Source of the DNA: Gemmatimonadota bacterium
GTDB lineage: Bacteria; Gemmatimonadota; Gemmatimonadetes; Gemmatimonadales; GWC2-71-9
Assembly: GCA_003221005.1 (NCBI GenBank)
Contig: QHTZ01000081.1
Location: forward strand, 32,001 to 96,000
Direction: 5' to 3'
Length of the DNA: 64,000 nucleotides
Made by a program: the position numbers and the translations under genes. Positions 21,844 to 31,063 of this stretch are shown here, piece after piece (the first letter of the stretch is position 1; each line of letters opens with the position of its first letter). Below the pieces are notes generated by a model. It was not told the origin of the DNA. It ran no database searches and worked only from the letters and a program-made list of their open reading frames with translations.

Positions 21844-22956
21844 CGTGCGGTCCAGATCGGCGTCGAGGGGGCGCCGCTCCAGGAACTCACGCACCGTCTC
21901 GGGGATGGTCTGTCGCCGTCCGGCCACGCCCACGGTCTGGAGGCGAGGCAGCTCGGGGCGGCGGACATCGAGCTGGAAGTGGAGCGCGCGCGCCTTGTAC
22001 GCTCGGATGGCGGCGTGATCGAGGTCGCGCGCCGTGGCGCGGGAGACGTCGAACACGAGGAGGCGCACCACCTGGTCGTCGATCGGCGGCTTGGCGACGG
22101 CCACTGCGGCGGCGATCCGCTCGTCCAGCTCCTTCGGGGTGAGGCCTTTCCCTTCGATCACGGGCAGCTCGACGTGGCGCCGCGCCAGCGCCAGCGGTCG
22201 AAACGTCACCCGGGCGCCCGGCAGCTCCACCAGGAGGTAGCCCTTCCCGCGCCGCCCGTGCTCCGCTTCGTCTTGGAGCTGGCCCCACGGATTGGGGGCG
22301 ACGTACTCGAGGCTCCCCGCGTACCACGCGTTGGGCGCCAGCTGCTGCGCCACGTGGTAGTGGCCGAGCGCGACGTAGTCCCACTGGGCGGGGGCGAGGT
22401 CGGTGCGATCGACCGGCGCGCCGCCGTACTCCATGGTGCCGCGCGCTTCGCCCACTCCCGGCCATTGCCCGTGGAGCAGCAGCACGTTGAAGGTGCGCCC
22501 ACCCTGCGGCCGCAGGGCCGGCCGCTCAGGTTGGGCCAGCGCCTGATGCGGCACCGCGAGGACCGAGCAATCGAGCGCCGGGAAGACGAGCCGCCGTGCC
22601 TGGTCCACCACCACCTCCACGCCGAGCGCTTCGTACAGCCGCAGGATCGTCCCGGTCTCGGCGCTGCGGGGCGTGTCGTGCTCTCCCGCGATCATCACTA
22701 CGGCGGAGTCGGGTAGCTCTGCCCGCAGGCGCTGCAGCTGGCGAAACAGGAACAGGATCGCGGGGTTGGCCGGCCGGATGGAGTGGAAGATGTCTCCCGC
22801 GAGGAGAATCAAGTCGGGGCGCTGGTCGATGAGGTCGTCCACCGCGCGCCGGAACGCTTCGGCGACGTCGGCCTCGCGCTGGTTCCCGCCCCGAGGCGTC
22901 TGCCGCTCGCACTGGCGGAACCCGAGGTGCAGGTCGGCGAGGTGCGCGAGCTTCAC
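21844..22956 (-). CDS. sbcD: Mre11/SbcD metallophosphoesterase nuclease (C-terminus lost at junction)
   Basis: DLHLG, AGDIFH, GEHD, LGHYH, YAGSLE; beyond about 21844 it reads into a shadow frame of sbcC. Confidence 0.9.
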
Positions 22957-22960
22957 CCGC

Positions 22961-23818
22961 TCACTTCGCCTCGTTCAGCTGGAGCGACGTGAGATGTTGC
23001 AGCGACATCTGCACCGCTCCCTGCGGACCGCCGCTCACGTTGACCCGCATGTTCCCTCCCATCGACGAGCGGACCGCCGCCCCCCGCGTGACCGAGAACA
23101 GCTGCTCCCCGGCGAGCCCCCCCGTCAGCTTCAGCGTTTGCCGCGCCCCGCCGTCCCCGGTGACGGTGATCGGGTCCCCCGGAAAAGTGGTCTCCACGCC
23201 GACCAGGATGGTGGTGTCGGGGCCGCCCGCATTCAGCTCCTTGAGCGTCAACTTCGTATGCGCCCTGGCCGTGCCGCTCCCGATCTCGCCGACGGGCAGC
23301 GCGGTTTCCGTGGTCCAGGAGTCGCCCACCCCCACGGGCTGCTCGGGGAGGGGGAAGACCATCCCCTCGATGTGACCCCCCAACTGCTCCATGATCTGCG
23401 GCGGTAGCCCGCGGACCGGGGCGAGCTCGGCGTGCAGCACGTTCATGCGGTCGTCGTAGACGACCTGGCCCTTGAGTCCGCGCATCCCAACGAGCACGGG
23501 ATCGAGCGAGCCGGGCGCCAGCATGGTGGACTCGATGGCGGTCGAGTCGAGCCTGATCGTCACGGCGACGCCACCCCGCGCGGGCCCGCCCACGGACTGG
23601 GTGAAGTACATCCGCGTGGTGAACTTCTGCTCCCCCAAGTGCCCCATGGGACCGCCCTCGAGCTTCATGGAGTTGTGCTGCTCCAGGGCGTAGTGGTACG
23701 AGGCGCCGACCGGTGGATGGTAGCGCAGCGTCAGCTTCGTGGCGCTCCGTTCTTTGCCGCACCCGAGGGCCGCGAGCCCCAGAGCGAGCCCTGCGAAGCG
23801 ACGGGCGTGGTGTGACAT
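22961..23818 (-). CDS. Hypothetical beta-rich lipoprotein
   Basis: Lipobox ALGC; LPEQPVGVGDSW motif. Confidence 0.7.
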   Translation of the reverse strand: MSHHARRFAGLALGLAALGCGKERSATKLTLRYHPPVGASYHYALEQHNSMKLEGGPMGHLGEQKFTTRMYFTQSVGGPARGGVAVTIRLDSTAIESTMLAPGSLDPVLVGMRGLKGQVVYDDRMNVLHAELAPVRGLPPQIMEQLGGHIEGMVFPLPEQPVGVGDSWTTETALPVGEIGSGTARAHTKLTLKELNAGGPDTTILVGVETTFPGDPITVTGDGGARQTLKLTGGLAGEQLFSVTRGAAVRSSMGGNMRVNVSGGPQGAVQMSLQHLTSLQLNEAK

Positions 23819-23832
23819 CCAGCGGCCTCCAG

Positions 23833-25791
23833 TCAGTATGGTTCGTCCGACAGCGGGTTGAGGGGCGGCACCGCCTCGCGCGCGCGTCCGGCGGGCTCGG
23901 CCGCCGCGACCCGCGCCCCTAGCGCCCGCCGGAAGAACGCGAGCGGGTCTTCGGGCCGGGCGCGCCGTGTCGCGGCGAGCGCGCGGCGCACGTCATCCGG
24001 CGCGCGGTCGACGATGAGGTCGTGCACCGCGTTCGGCCGGATCCTGCGGTCGAGCCTGAGGAGCTGGCGCACGACCGCGTCGGCGAACGGCAGATCGGCA
24101 GCGGGTGGGAACCGCTCGACGCCGTCCCGCCCGCGCAGCACCGCGGGCCGCGGGAACCGCACGAAGATCGGTTGCGTGAAATGCGGGTGGCGCACCATCA
24201 GCTCGCCGATGGGCAGGGTGGCGAGCTTGATCTTGGTGGCGGGCGAGAGCACCTGGTAGCCGGGCGTGGCCAGCTCGTCGTAGTCCATACGCCCGTAGAC
24301 GATCGTGCCGGCGTTCCCCACCACTCGCCGATGTACCTGCGAGCGGAACTGCTCGGCGCCGAAGAGCACGAGCCCAAGGTAACGCCCGCGCTCCGAGATA
24401 TCGAGCAGCATCTTGCGGACGTACGTGTCCGGCCCGTCGGCCGGCGCGTACTTGTTGAGCTCGTCCACGAACACCACGACGGCCTCGACGCCGAGATCGC
24501 GCCGCTCGAGGTGCTCGCGCAGCTGCGACACGACGCGCGCAAACACGAGGTCCTGGCCAAGCGGATCCACGTTCGCCAGATCGACCACGTACACGGCCCG
24601 GTCCTCGAACGCGCCCCACGGCAGGTCGTTCGAGGGGCCGTCGTCGGTGACGAGCCCCTTGCAACGGGTCGAGATGTTGGAGAGCCGGTTCCGGACCTTG
24701 CGCATCGTCGCGATGTGATGAGTGCGCCACATGTCGCTGCGGCCTGCCAGCTCGAGCCCGTCGAAGATGGCGCGGAACAGCGCATCCAGGTCTGCGAACG
24801 TCTGGACCCGATGGGTGCCGCCGAAGCCATCGTCGAACTCCCGGTTGAGCACCCGGTCGGCGAGGAAGTCGATGAATGCGTCGGCCTTGGCGTCGATGTC
24901 GTCGCGGTTCAGGAGCACTTCGGCGAAGTCGAGCACCTCCTGGAGGCCCCACACGAGGGGCTCGACGGCGCCCACGAGGTCGGGATGGGTGCGCAGCGTA
25001 TTGAGGTTCACGCCGTCCGCCTTGAAGGGCGCGTAGTAGCGCACCCGGCGGAACGGCTGCGGCGCGACCCCGAGCCGCTCGTAGCGGCGGCGGTCCGCGT
25101 CGTCGAGGCTCCCCGGCTGGTCGAGGAAGCAGAGGTCGGGACCCTTCACGTTGAAGCACACGGCGGCAATCCGTCCCTTGTGCGCCGGGAAGTGCTGGAA
25201 GATGGACGACAACAGGAACTCGACGGCGCTCGTCTTGGTCGCGAGTCCAGAGACGCCCGAGATGTTGAGGTGAGCCGCTTCAGGACCGTGCAGGAAGTCC
25301 GCGTCCAGGTAGACCGGCGCCTCGAGCCCTCCCGAGGTGTACAGCCCCACCGGGATGGCGGTGGGGGTGGCGCCCTGGAGGTAGGTCTCCATGCGGAGGG
25401 CGCGGGCCACGTCAGGGTCGGTCGCCACGAACACGCGGCCGAGCGGGACCGGCTGCAGCGGCTCCTCGGGCTCCTGGCGCAGCACGGCCGCGGTCCACAG
25501 CCGAATCTCCTGGCGCACCGTGGGGCTGTCAGCTGCGCGAGCGGGATCTCCGTCGGCGCCGACCACGTCGTGCAGTGGGGTGGCAAGGTCGGAGTAGGCG
25601 AACCCATCCGTCACAACCCCGAAGACCACCCTTCCCTCTTCCCCCGTCCCACTTCCCTCGACCCTGACAATCGCCCCGATCCCGATCGCCGTCTCGGTAG
25701 CGGTCCAGAAGTGGAATTGGTGCGGCGTCGCCGGCTTGAGCTCGGTGGCGACCACCCGGCCGACCGGCTCCGGCGCCCGTTTCTGGATCAC
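23833..25791 (-). CDS. herA: HerA-type helicase/translocase ATPase
   Basis: N-terminal HAS-barrel-like region, variant Walker A SGVSGLATKTS, FNVKG, Walker B VFVDELNKY, ERGR..G. Confidence 0.85.
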   Translation of the reverse strand: MIQKRAPEPVGRVVATELKPATPHQFHFWTATETAIGIGAIVRVEGSGTGEEGRVVFGVVTDGFAYSDLATPLHDVVGADGDPARAADSPTVRQEIRLWTAAVLRQEPEEPLQPVPLGRVFVATDPDVARALRMETYLQGATPTAIPVGLYTSGGLEAPVYLDADFLHGPEAAHLNISGVSGLATKTSAVEFLLSSIFQHFPAHKGRIAAVCFNVKGPDLCFLDQPGSLDDADRRRYERLGVAPQPFRRVRYYAPFKADGVNLNTLRTHPDLVGAVEPLVWGLQEVLDFAEVLLNRDDIDAKADAFIDFLADRVLNREFDDGFGGTHRVQTFADLDALFRAIFDGLELAGRSDMWRTHHIATMRKVRNRLSNISTRCKGLVTDDGPSNDLPWGAFEDRAVYVVDLANVDPLGQDLVFARVVSQLREHLERRDLGVEAVVVFVDELNKYAPADGPDTYVRKMLLDISERGRYLGLVLFGAEQFRSQVHRRVVGNAGTIVYGRMDYDELATPGYQVLSPATKIKLATLPIGELMVRHPHFTQPIFVRFPRPAVLRGRDGVERFPPAADLPFADAVVRQLLRLDRRIRPNAVHDLIVDRAPDDVRRALAATRRARPEDPLAFFRRALGARVAAAEPAGRAREAVPPLNPLSDEPY

Positions 25792-26774
25792 GAAGCCGCT
25801 TTGGGGAGGCGGGAGGCGGGGGACGGGAGCAGGTCCCGCGGGGCGCGCGCTCTCAGATACGTCTCCACGTCATGAATGGGATAAAGTAATCGATCCCACC
25901 GCGCATCGGGGGTCGAGACCGGCGCGCGCTCGCGCGCGAGCCAGCCGCTCACGCCCGACGCCGCCGTGACCGTTGCGGGATGGGCGCGCGCCTCGACCCG
26001 CAGCAGGCCGAACAACAGGTCGTTCCCCTCCCACGGCCACAGCCGCAGGTACCACGAGTAAACCTCGTGGTGCGCCCGACCCCGCGGGCGGAACACCGAG
26101 GTGCGATGCAGCGCCGGAAGCGTGAGGGCGCGCGTGAGGGCGTCGCCCTCGAAGTACTGCGCGCCGTGGCTCTTGATCACGCCGAGCGCGCGCGGATGCC
26201 CGGCGAGGCGGGCGGACTCGGAGAGCACACCGTCCACGACGAACCACTCTTCGGCGCCGAGCGACGCGAGGTGCCGCTCCGCCAGGTCCTTCTCGAGCGC
26301 GACGCGGGCGTTCTCGACGGCGCGCCGTGCTGCCTCGAGCGCCGGCCCAGGCTGGCCCAGGGCCTCCTGAGGCACGTCCACCAGGTCCACGCCGCTCGCC
26401 TCGAGCGCCGCGCGCACGCCGGGACGCAGCGCGGCCACGGCTGCCGCGTGAAACTCCCGCGTCGTCTCCCCGACGACGCGCAGCCGGCGGTCTCCAGTCC
26501 GGCGTCGCACGGCGGACGCCACGTACGCCCGCACGATGGGCACGGCGCCGTCGTAGTAGGTGACCTTCCAGCGCTGGATACCGTCGAGGAAAGAGGCTGT
26601 CGCGGGGGGGGCAATGACGCCGCCGGGATCGAGTGGGTGGATCCGGACCTCCGTGTCCTCGACCAGCTCGGCCCCGGCGACCTCGCTGAGCTCGGTACGC
26701 CCCAGGCTCTCCTCCGGGACGTGCGACGCCCGCACGGCCCCTGCCGCCACGATCGCGTCCGCCCAGCTGCGCAT
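25788..26774 (-). CDS. nurA: NurA-like 5'-3' nuclease
   Basis: FLDG, VVDG, GVIKSH, late PIHDVE; coupled to herA. Confidence 0.75.
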   Translation of the reverse strand: MRSWADAIVAAGAVRASHVPEESLGRTELSEVAGAELVEDTEVRIHPLDPGGVIAPPATASFLDGIQRWKVTYYDGAVPIVRAYVASAVRRRTGDRRLRVVGETTREFHAAAVAALRPGVRAALEASGVDLVDVPQEALGQPGPALEAARRAVENARVALEKDLAERHLASLGAEEWFVVDGVLSESARLAGHPRALGVIKSHGAQYFEGDALTRALTLPALHRTSVFRPRGRAHHEVYSWYLRLWPWEGNDLLFGLLRVEARAHPATVTAASGVSGWLARERAPVSTPDARWDRLLYPIHDVETYLRARAPRDLLPSPASRLPKAAS

Positions 26775-26776
26775 GG

Positions 26777-27505
26777 CTAGCGGGTCCGCAGTGCCCAGCC
26801 GATGTAGGTGATGCTCGTGTCGTCCACCAGGGAGCGGGTCCCGTCGGGCGCCCGGCCCACGCCCTTCACCTCCTGCACCACCATGCCGTGGCGCGCCAGC
26901 CCGTCGCCAAGCTCGGCGGGCGTGATGAAGCGGGCGAAGTCGTGGAAGCCTTCGGGCATCGTATGGCGCACGTATTCCTCTTCCCAGATCAGCTCGAGGA
27001 ACGCGGCCAGAGTGCGGTTGTGCGTAAGGAAGCCGAGCCCGCCACCGGGGGCGAGCACCGTGGCGATCGCGTCGACGGTGGCGTCGAGGTCCTCCACGTG
27101 CTCGAGCACGTCCACGGCGAAGACGAGGTCGAAGCCCACCCCGAGCCCGCCCGACGCGAGCGCCTCGGCCGTGCCAAGCCGGTAGTCGATCGAGAGGCCG
27201 GAGCGCGCCGCGTGCTCACGCGCGGCCGTGAGGGACTTTTCCGACGGATCGACCCCGGTGACGATCGCCCCCTCGCGGACGAGCGTTTCCGCCAGGATCC
27301 CCCCGCCGCACCCCACGTCCAGGGCGCGCTTCCTGCCGAAGCCGCCGAACACCGTGCGGAAGTACTCGACCCGCAGCACGTTGAGCTGATGCAACCCGAC
27401 GAAGGGACCCGCGTCGCTCCACCACACGCCCGGGACGCGCTCGACGAGGCGTTCGTACTTGTCCGGCTCGGAAAGCCCGCCGACGCGGGGGAGGGAGTCG
27501 GTCAG
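26777..27505 (-). CDS. ubiG: UbiG-like SAM O-methyltransferase
   Basis: WWSDAGPF..LHQLN..R, LDVGCGGGIL, VLEHV, NRT, FITP. Confidence 0.8.
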   Translation of the reverse strand: MTDSLPRVGGLSEPDKYERLVERVPGVWWSDAGPFVGLHQLNVLRVEYFRTVFGGFGRKRALDVGCGGGILAETLVREGAIVTGVDPSEKSLTAAREHAARSGLSIDYRLGTAEALASGGLGVGFDLVFAVDVLEHVEDLDATVDAIATVLAPGGGLGFLTHNRTLAAFLELIWEEEYVRHTMPEGFHDFARFITPAELGDGLARHGMVVQEVKGVGRAPDGTRSLVDDTSITYIGWALRTR

Positions 27506-28023
27506 GCCGTGGCCTCGACGTCGACGTTGGGGAAGGGTGGCACCTCGAGGAACCACAGGCCCGCGATCCGCGCGTGCTTGTCTATCTCCACCAGCAGCAG
27601 ATCCGCCACGCGCACGACTGTGACCGAGCGCGAGCGGCCCACACGCAGGTGGAACACCGACTCCGTCTGGTTCTTCTCGACCGTGAGCGCGGTATCCACT
27701 TCGACGCCGGCGACTCCGGGCTGCGACAGCCGGCTGGGGAACACCACGCGCCCCTCCTTCGCGGCCGCCGGCGTCGCGAGCTGCTCGATGGTGCGGACGT
27801 CATCGGGCCACGACACGACGTCAACGCCCCGCAGGCACCCGTCCGCGACCTCGATGACGACGAACGAGCCGTCGGTGCCTTCCAGGTCCACGGTGCCGTT
27901 CAACCCGTTCGATTTGGCGACGCCCTTGCACGCCACCGACAGGATGTCCGTCTCCGGATCCCAGTGGTAGCTCACCTTGGGAAGTTTGCCGCCGAGTGGC
28001 TCGATGCGCGCTTCGAAGTTCAT
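27502..28023 (-). CDS. Hypothetical protein, first gene of the operon
   Basis: Typical codon style; stop overlaps ubiG start. Confidence 0.7.
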   Translation of the reverse strand: MNFEARIEPLGGKLPKVSYHWDPETDILSVACKGVAKSNGLNGTVDLEGTDGSFVVIEVADGCLRGVDVVSWPDDVRTIEQLATPAAAKEGRVVFPSRLSQPGVAGVEVDTALTVEKNQTESVFHLRVGRSRSVTVVRVADLLLVEIDKHARIAGLWFLEVPPFPNVDVEATA

Positions 28024-28091
28024 GGGGAACGACGCCTTCCACCTGCTCGCGAGGGCGGATAATATAGCGCCTGACTCGGAGGGAGCCAGCG

Positions 28092-29266
28092 ATGCAACGG
28101 CGGGAGTTCGTCTCGGTGGCTGGGGCCCTGGTCCTGGCGGCGACGGAAGGACGGAAGGACGGAAGGGGGTGGCGGGGACGTTCCGTCCTTCCGTCGTTCC
28201 GTCCTTCCGTCGCCTCTCAGGAACCAGCCCTCTCGCCCGAAGTCTTCTCCCGCCGCCTCGCGCGCGCGCAGGCGGAGCTCAAGACCCGCAAGTGGGACTT
28301 CCTCATCGCCACGCCAGGCACGACCTACCTCTATTTCACCGGCTACAACCCGGGCCGGAGCGAGCGGCTCATCGCGCTCGTCATCCCCGCGAGCGGCGAG
28401 CCCGCGATCGTGTGCCCGTCGTTCGAGGTGGACCGCATCAAGCGCCATGCGACGGCGCTCGACATCACGGGGTGGGAGGAGCCGGCGAATCCCTATAAGC
28501 TGGTCGAGCGCGTGGTCCGCGCGCGCAAGCCCCGGGCTCCCGGGACGATCGCGCTCGAGTCCTCGACCGCGTTCGGATCGTATCTGGGCATCAAGGACGC
28601 GCTTGGGGGCTGGAAGTTTGAAGATGCCGCCGCCATCACCGACCGGCTGCGGATCATCAAGTTTCCCGAGGAGATCGCGCTGATCCGCCGCGCGATCGCG
28701 ATCACCGAGGACGCGATGGCGGCCACCTTCGCGCAGCTCGCCGTGGGCGTAAGCGAGCACGACGTGGCGGGGGTGCTCGAGCGGGAGATGGAGCGGCGCG
28801 GCGGAGAGGGGGGCGGCGGGCTGGTGCAGTTCGGGCCGTCGAGCGCCCTGCCGCACGGCGGCCCCGCGAGCGTCACGCTCGAGCGCGAGATGGTGGTGCT
28901 GATCGATTGCGGCTGTCGCGTCTCGGGCTATACGTCCGACATCACGCGCACGATCTGGTTCGGCGACCATTGGGCCGGCCCCTCGTCACCCCATGTGAGG
29001 AAATGGATCGCGCCGCGCGCAAGGTGATCAGCGACGCCGGCTTCGGCCGTAACTTCACCCACCGCCTCGGCCACGGAATCGGCCTCGACGGCCACGAGCC
29101 GCCGTATCTCGTCGAAGGAAACGAGGTCCACCTCGAGCCAGGGATGGTGTTCACGCTCGAGCCAGGGGTGTACCAAACTGGGAAATTCGGAGTGCGGATC
29201 GAGGATGACTGTCTGATGACGGAGAACGGAGTTGAGGTCCTGAGTCACCGACCGTCCAAACTCTGA
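28092..29266 (+). CDS. Xaa-Pro (M24) peptidase with Tat-like signal, split near 28970
   Basis: MQRREFV; IDCG, SDITRT in one frame; HRLGHGIGLDGHE, EPGVY, GVRIED in another. Confidence 0.88.
28141..28212. repeat. Octamer tandem-repeat hairpin in peptidase N-terminus
   Basis: (GACGGAAG)3 ... (TTCCGTCC/G)4. Confidence 0.85.
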
Positions 29267-29631
29267 CGGGGACGAGGGACGCGGGACGGGGGACGCGTGG
29301 TGCCGAGGCGGCGGCGTAGGCTATAGATGAGGCCGATCAACAGCCCCACGACCTGATTGCTGAGTACCAGCGCCTCGTCCACCGATTTCGCGGGCGCAAG
29401 TTCTAGGTCTCGCACCAATTCGAGATGCGTGCAAAGCTCCGTACCGGAACCGAGGGCAATCCCGAGCGCGTAGCCTTCAGCGATGTTCGCAGGAATCGCC
29501 GCCGCCGCTCGCCGGATCTGATCCGCGAGTCCATAATGGCGACTGAGAGGTGGCTCGAGCGTGAGGCGATAGGCGACGCGCGCGACGGCGCGACCGCGCG
29601 TCCACGCCTGCAAAGAATCGAGCTTTCGCAC
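29245..29631 (-). CDS. Four-helix-bundle protein (23S rRNA IVP/Avd-like family), short internal deletion
   Basis: SLQAW, YGLADQIRRAAAAIPANIAEGY, IALGS..EL..HL. Confidence 0.85.
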   Translation of the reverse strand: MRKLDSLQAWTRGRAVARVAYRLTLEPPLSRHYGLADQIRRAAAAIPANIAEGYALGIALGSGTELCTHLELVRDLELAPAKSVDEALVLSNQVVGLLIGLIYSLRRRLGTTRPPSRVPRPRQSLDGR

Positions 29632-29728
29632 GAATAGAAGTTGGAATGCCGCCTGCCATGGTAGGAGTCATTCCGCCGCATCCATGGTCCTTTCGCCGCA
29701 ACACTCGTCCCCCGTCCCTCGTCCCCCG
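29267..29728. repeat. Inverted heptamer-repeat arms flanking the four-helix-bundle gene
   Basis: GGGGACGAGGGACGCGGGACGGGGGACG (about 29267-29295) versus CGTCCCCCGTCCCTCGTCCCCCG (29706-29728). Confidence 0.75.
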
Positions 29729-29731
29729 CCC

Positions 29732-30919
29732 CTAGTCTCCTAGCTTCTTCGCAAACCCCACGATCTTCTCCAGCGCCCGCTCGATGTCCCCCGTCGCCGC
29801 CGCGTAAGACAATCGCACGTAGCGATCGTCGCCGAACGCCGAGCCGGGGACCAGCGCCACCCCCGACTCGGTAATGAGACGGGTGCAGAACTCCGTGCCG
29901 CTCGAGCCCCCGAGCGAGTCTACGCGGAAGAAAAAGTAGAACGCGCCCAGCGGATCCACGAACTCCACGCCTGGCAAATCGCGGCGGAAGCGGCCGACCA
30001 CGAGGTCGCGCCGCTTGCGGAACTCCGCTACCATCCGCATCACGTCCTGCTCCACCCGCTCATCGCCCAGGGCGGCGGCCGCGGCGAACTGCGCCGGGTG
30101 ATTCGCCCCGGTGGTGGTATGTGACTGCAGCGCAGCCATGGCCTTGGCGATCTTGCCCGGCGCGAGCGCGATGCCGATGCGCCACCCCGTCATCGCATAC
30201 GCCTTACTGACCCCGTAGATCACGACGACGCGCTCGAGCAGCTCGTCCGGAAGATCGAGGAACGACGGGGCCGGTCCCGGACCGTAATGGATGCGCCGGT
30301 AAATCTCGTCGGTGATCACCCACACCTTGCGCTCCACCGCCCACTGCGCGATCGCCTTGATCTCGGCGTGCGTGTAGACGCCGCCGGTCGGATTGCAGGG
30401 CGAGCACAGGATCAACCCCTGGGCCCCGGGCACCACGCGCTCGAGATCGCGCACCCCCACCTTGAGACTCCACTCCGGATCGCCGGGCACGAGCACGGGC
30501 CGCGCGCGCGTGAGGTGCACGATCTGGGGATACGACACCCAGGCAGGAGCAGGGATCGCCACCACGTCCCCCGGGCCGAACAGACTGAAGCAGACGTTGA
30601 ACAGCGACTGCTTCGAGCCGTTGGAGATGACGACGTGATCGGCGTTCACGGGCCGCCCGCCTGAGAGCAGCGAGAGATGCTTCGCCGCCGCGGCACGGAG
30701 CTCGAGGATCCCCTCGTTCGCCGGGTAGTGGGTCTTCCCCTCCCGAATCGCCCGCACGCCGGCGTCGGCGGGAATCGACGGGGTGGGGAAATCCGGCTCG
30801 CCCGCCCCGAGGTCGATCACATCCTCTCCCGCGGCGCGACGCCGCTTCGCCTCCTGGGAGATGGCGATCGTGGCGGATGTCTCGAGATGCTGAAGGTTGG
30901 GCGACAGCCCCTGCGACAT
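29732..30919 (-). CDS. PLP-dependent aminotransferase class I/II (aspartate aminotransferase-like)
   Basis: GEPDF, PCNPTG, DEIY, SKAYAMTGWRIG, PGSAFG. Confidence 0.93.
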   Translation of the reverse strand: MSQGLSPNLQHLETSATIAISQEAKRRRAAGEDVIDLGAGEPDFPTPSIPADAGVRAIREGKTHYPANEGILELRAAAAKHLSLLSGGRPVNADHVVISNGSKQSLFNVCFSLFGPGDVVAIPAPAWVSYPQIVHLTRARPVLVPGDPEWSLKVGVRDLERVVPGAQGLILCSPCNPTGGVYTHAEIKAIAQWAVERKVWVITDEIYRRIHYGPGPAPSFLDLPDELLERVVVIYGVSKAYAMTGWRIGIALAPGKIAKAMAALQSHTTTGANHPAQFAAAAALGDERVEQDVMRMVAEFRKRRDLVVGRFRRDLPGVEFVDPLGAFYFFFRVDSLGGSSGTEFCTRLITESGVALVPGSAFGDDRYVRLSYAAATGDIERALEKIVGFAKKLGD

Positions 30920-30990
30920 GAGCGACGTGCTCCGTGGCGGACGATGGCAATATCCGCTCGCGCGGTCGCGACGCGCAACTAGTCGCGAGG

Positions 30991-31019
30991 TTGCCTTTCG
31001 CGCGCCCGCGCGGTAGCAT
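30991..31019 (+). promoter_or_regulatory. Putative sigma70 promoter
   Basis: TTGCCT-N17-TAGCAT upstream of GAGGA RBS and start 31064. Confidence 0.5.
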
Positions 31020-31063
31020 CCCGCCACGAGCGGTACGTCGCCCTTTGACAACTCGAGGATCGT

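Noticed and set aside
19356-22142. 928-aa plus-strand ORF
   Set aside because: Antisense shadow of sbcC, typical of high-GC DNA; no motifs
20089-22956. 955-aa Mre11 fusion protein
   Set aside because: The part after about residue 370 is an Arg/Ala/Gly-rich shadow frame of sbcC caused by the junction
23833-25791. HerA anti-phage system (Sir2-HerA type) or conjugative VirB4
   Set aside because: Partner is NurA-like within a housekeeping operon; no Sir2 or T4SS genes
24022-25875. 617-aa plus-strand ORF
   Set aside because: Antisense shadow of herA
28141-28212. CRISPR array
   Set aside because: 8-nt units without spacers; no cas genes
29245-29631. Diversity-generating retroelement
   Set aside because: No reverse transcriptase or TR/VR pair in the window
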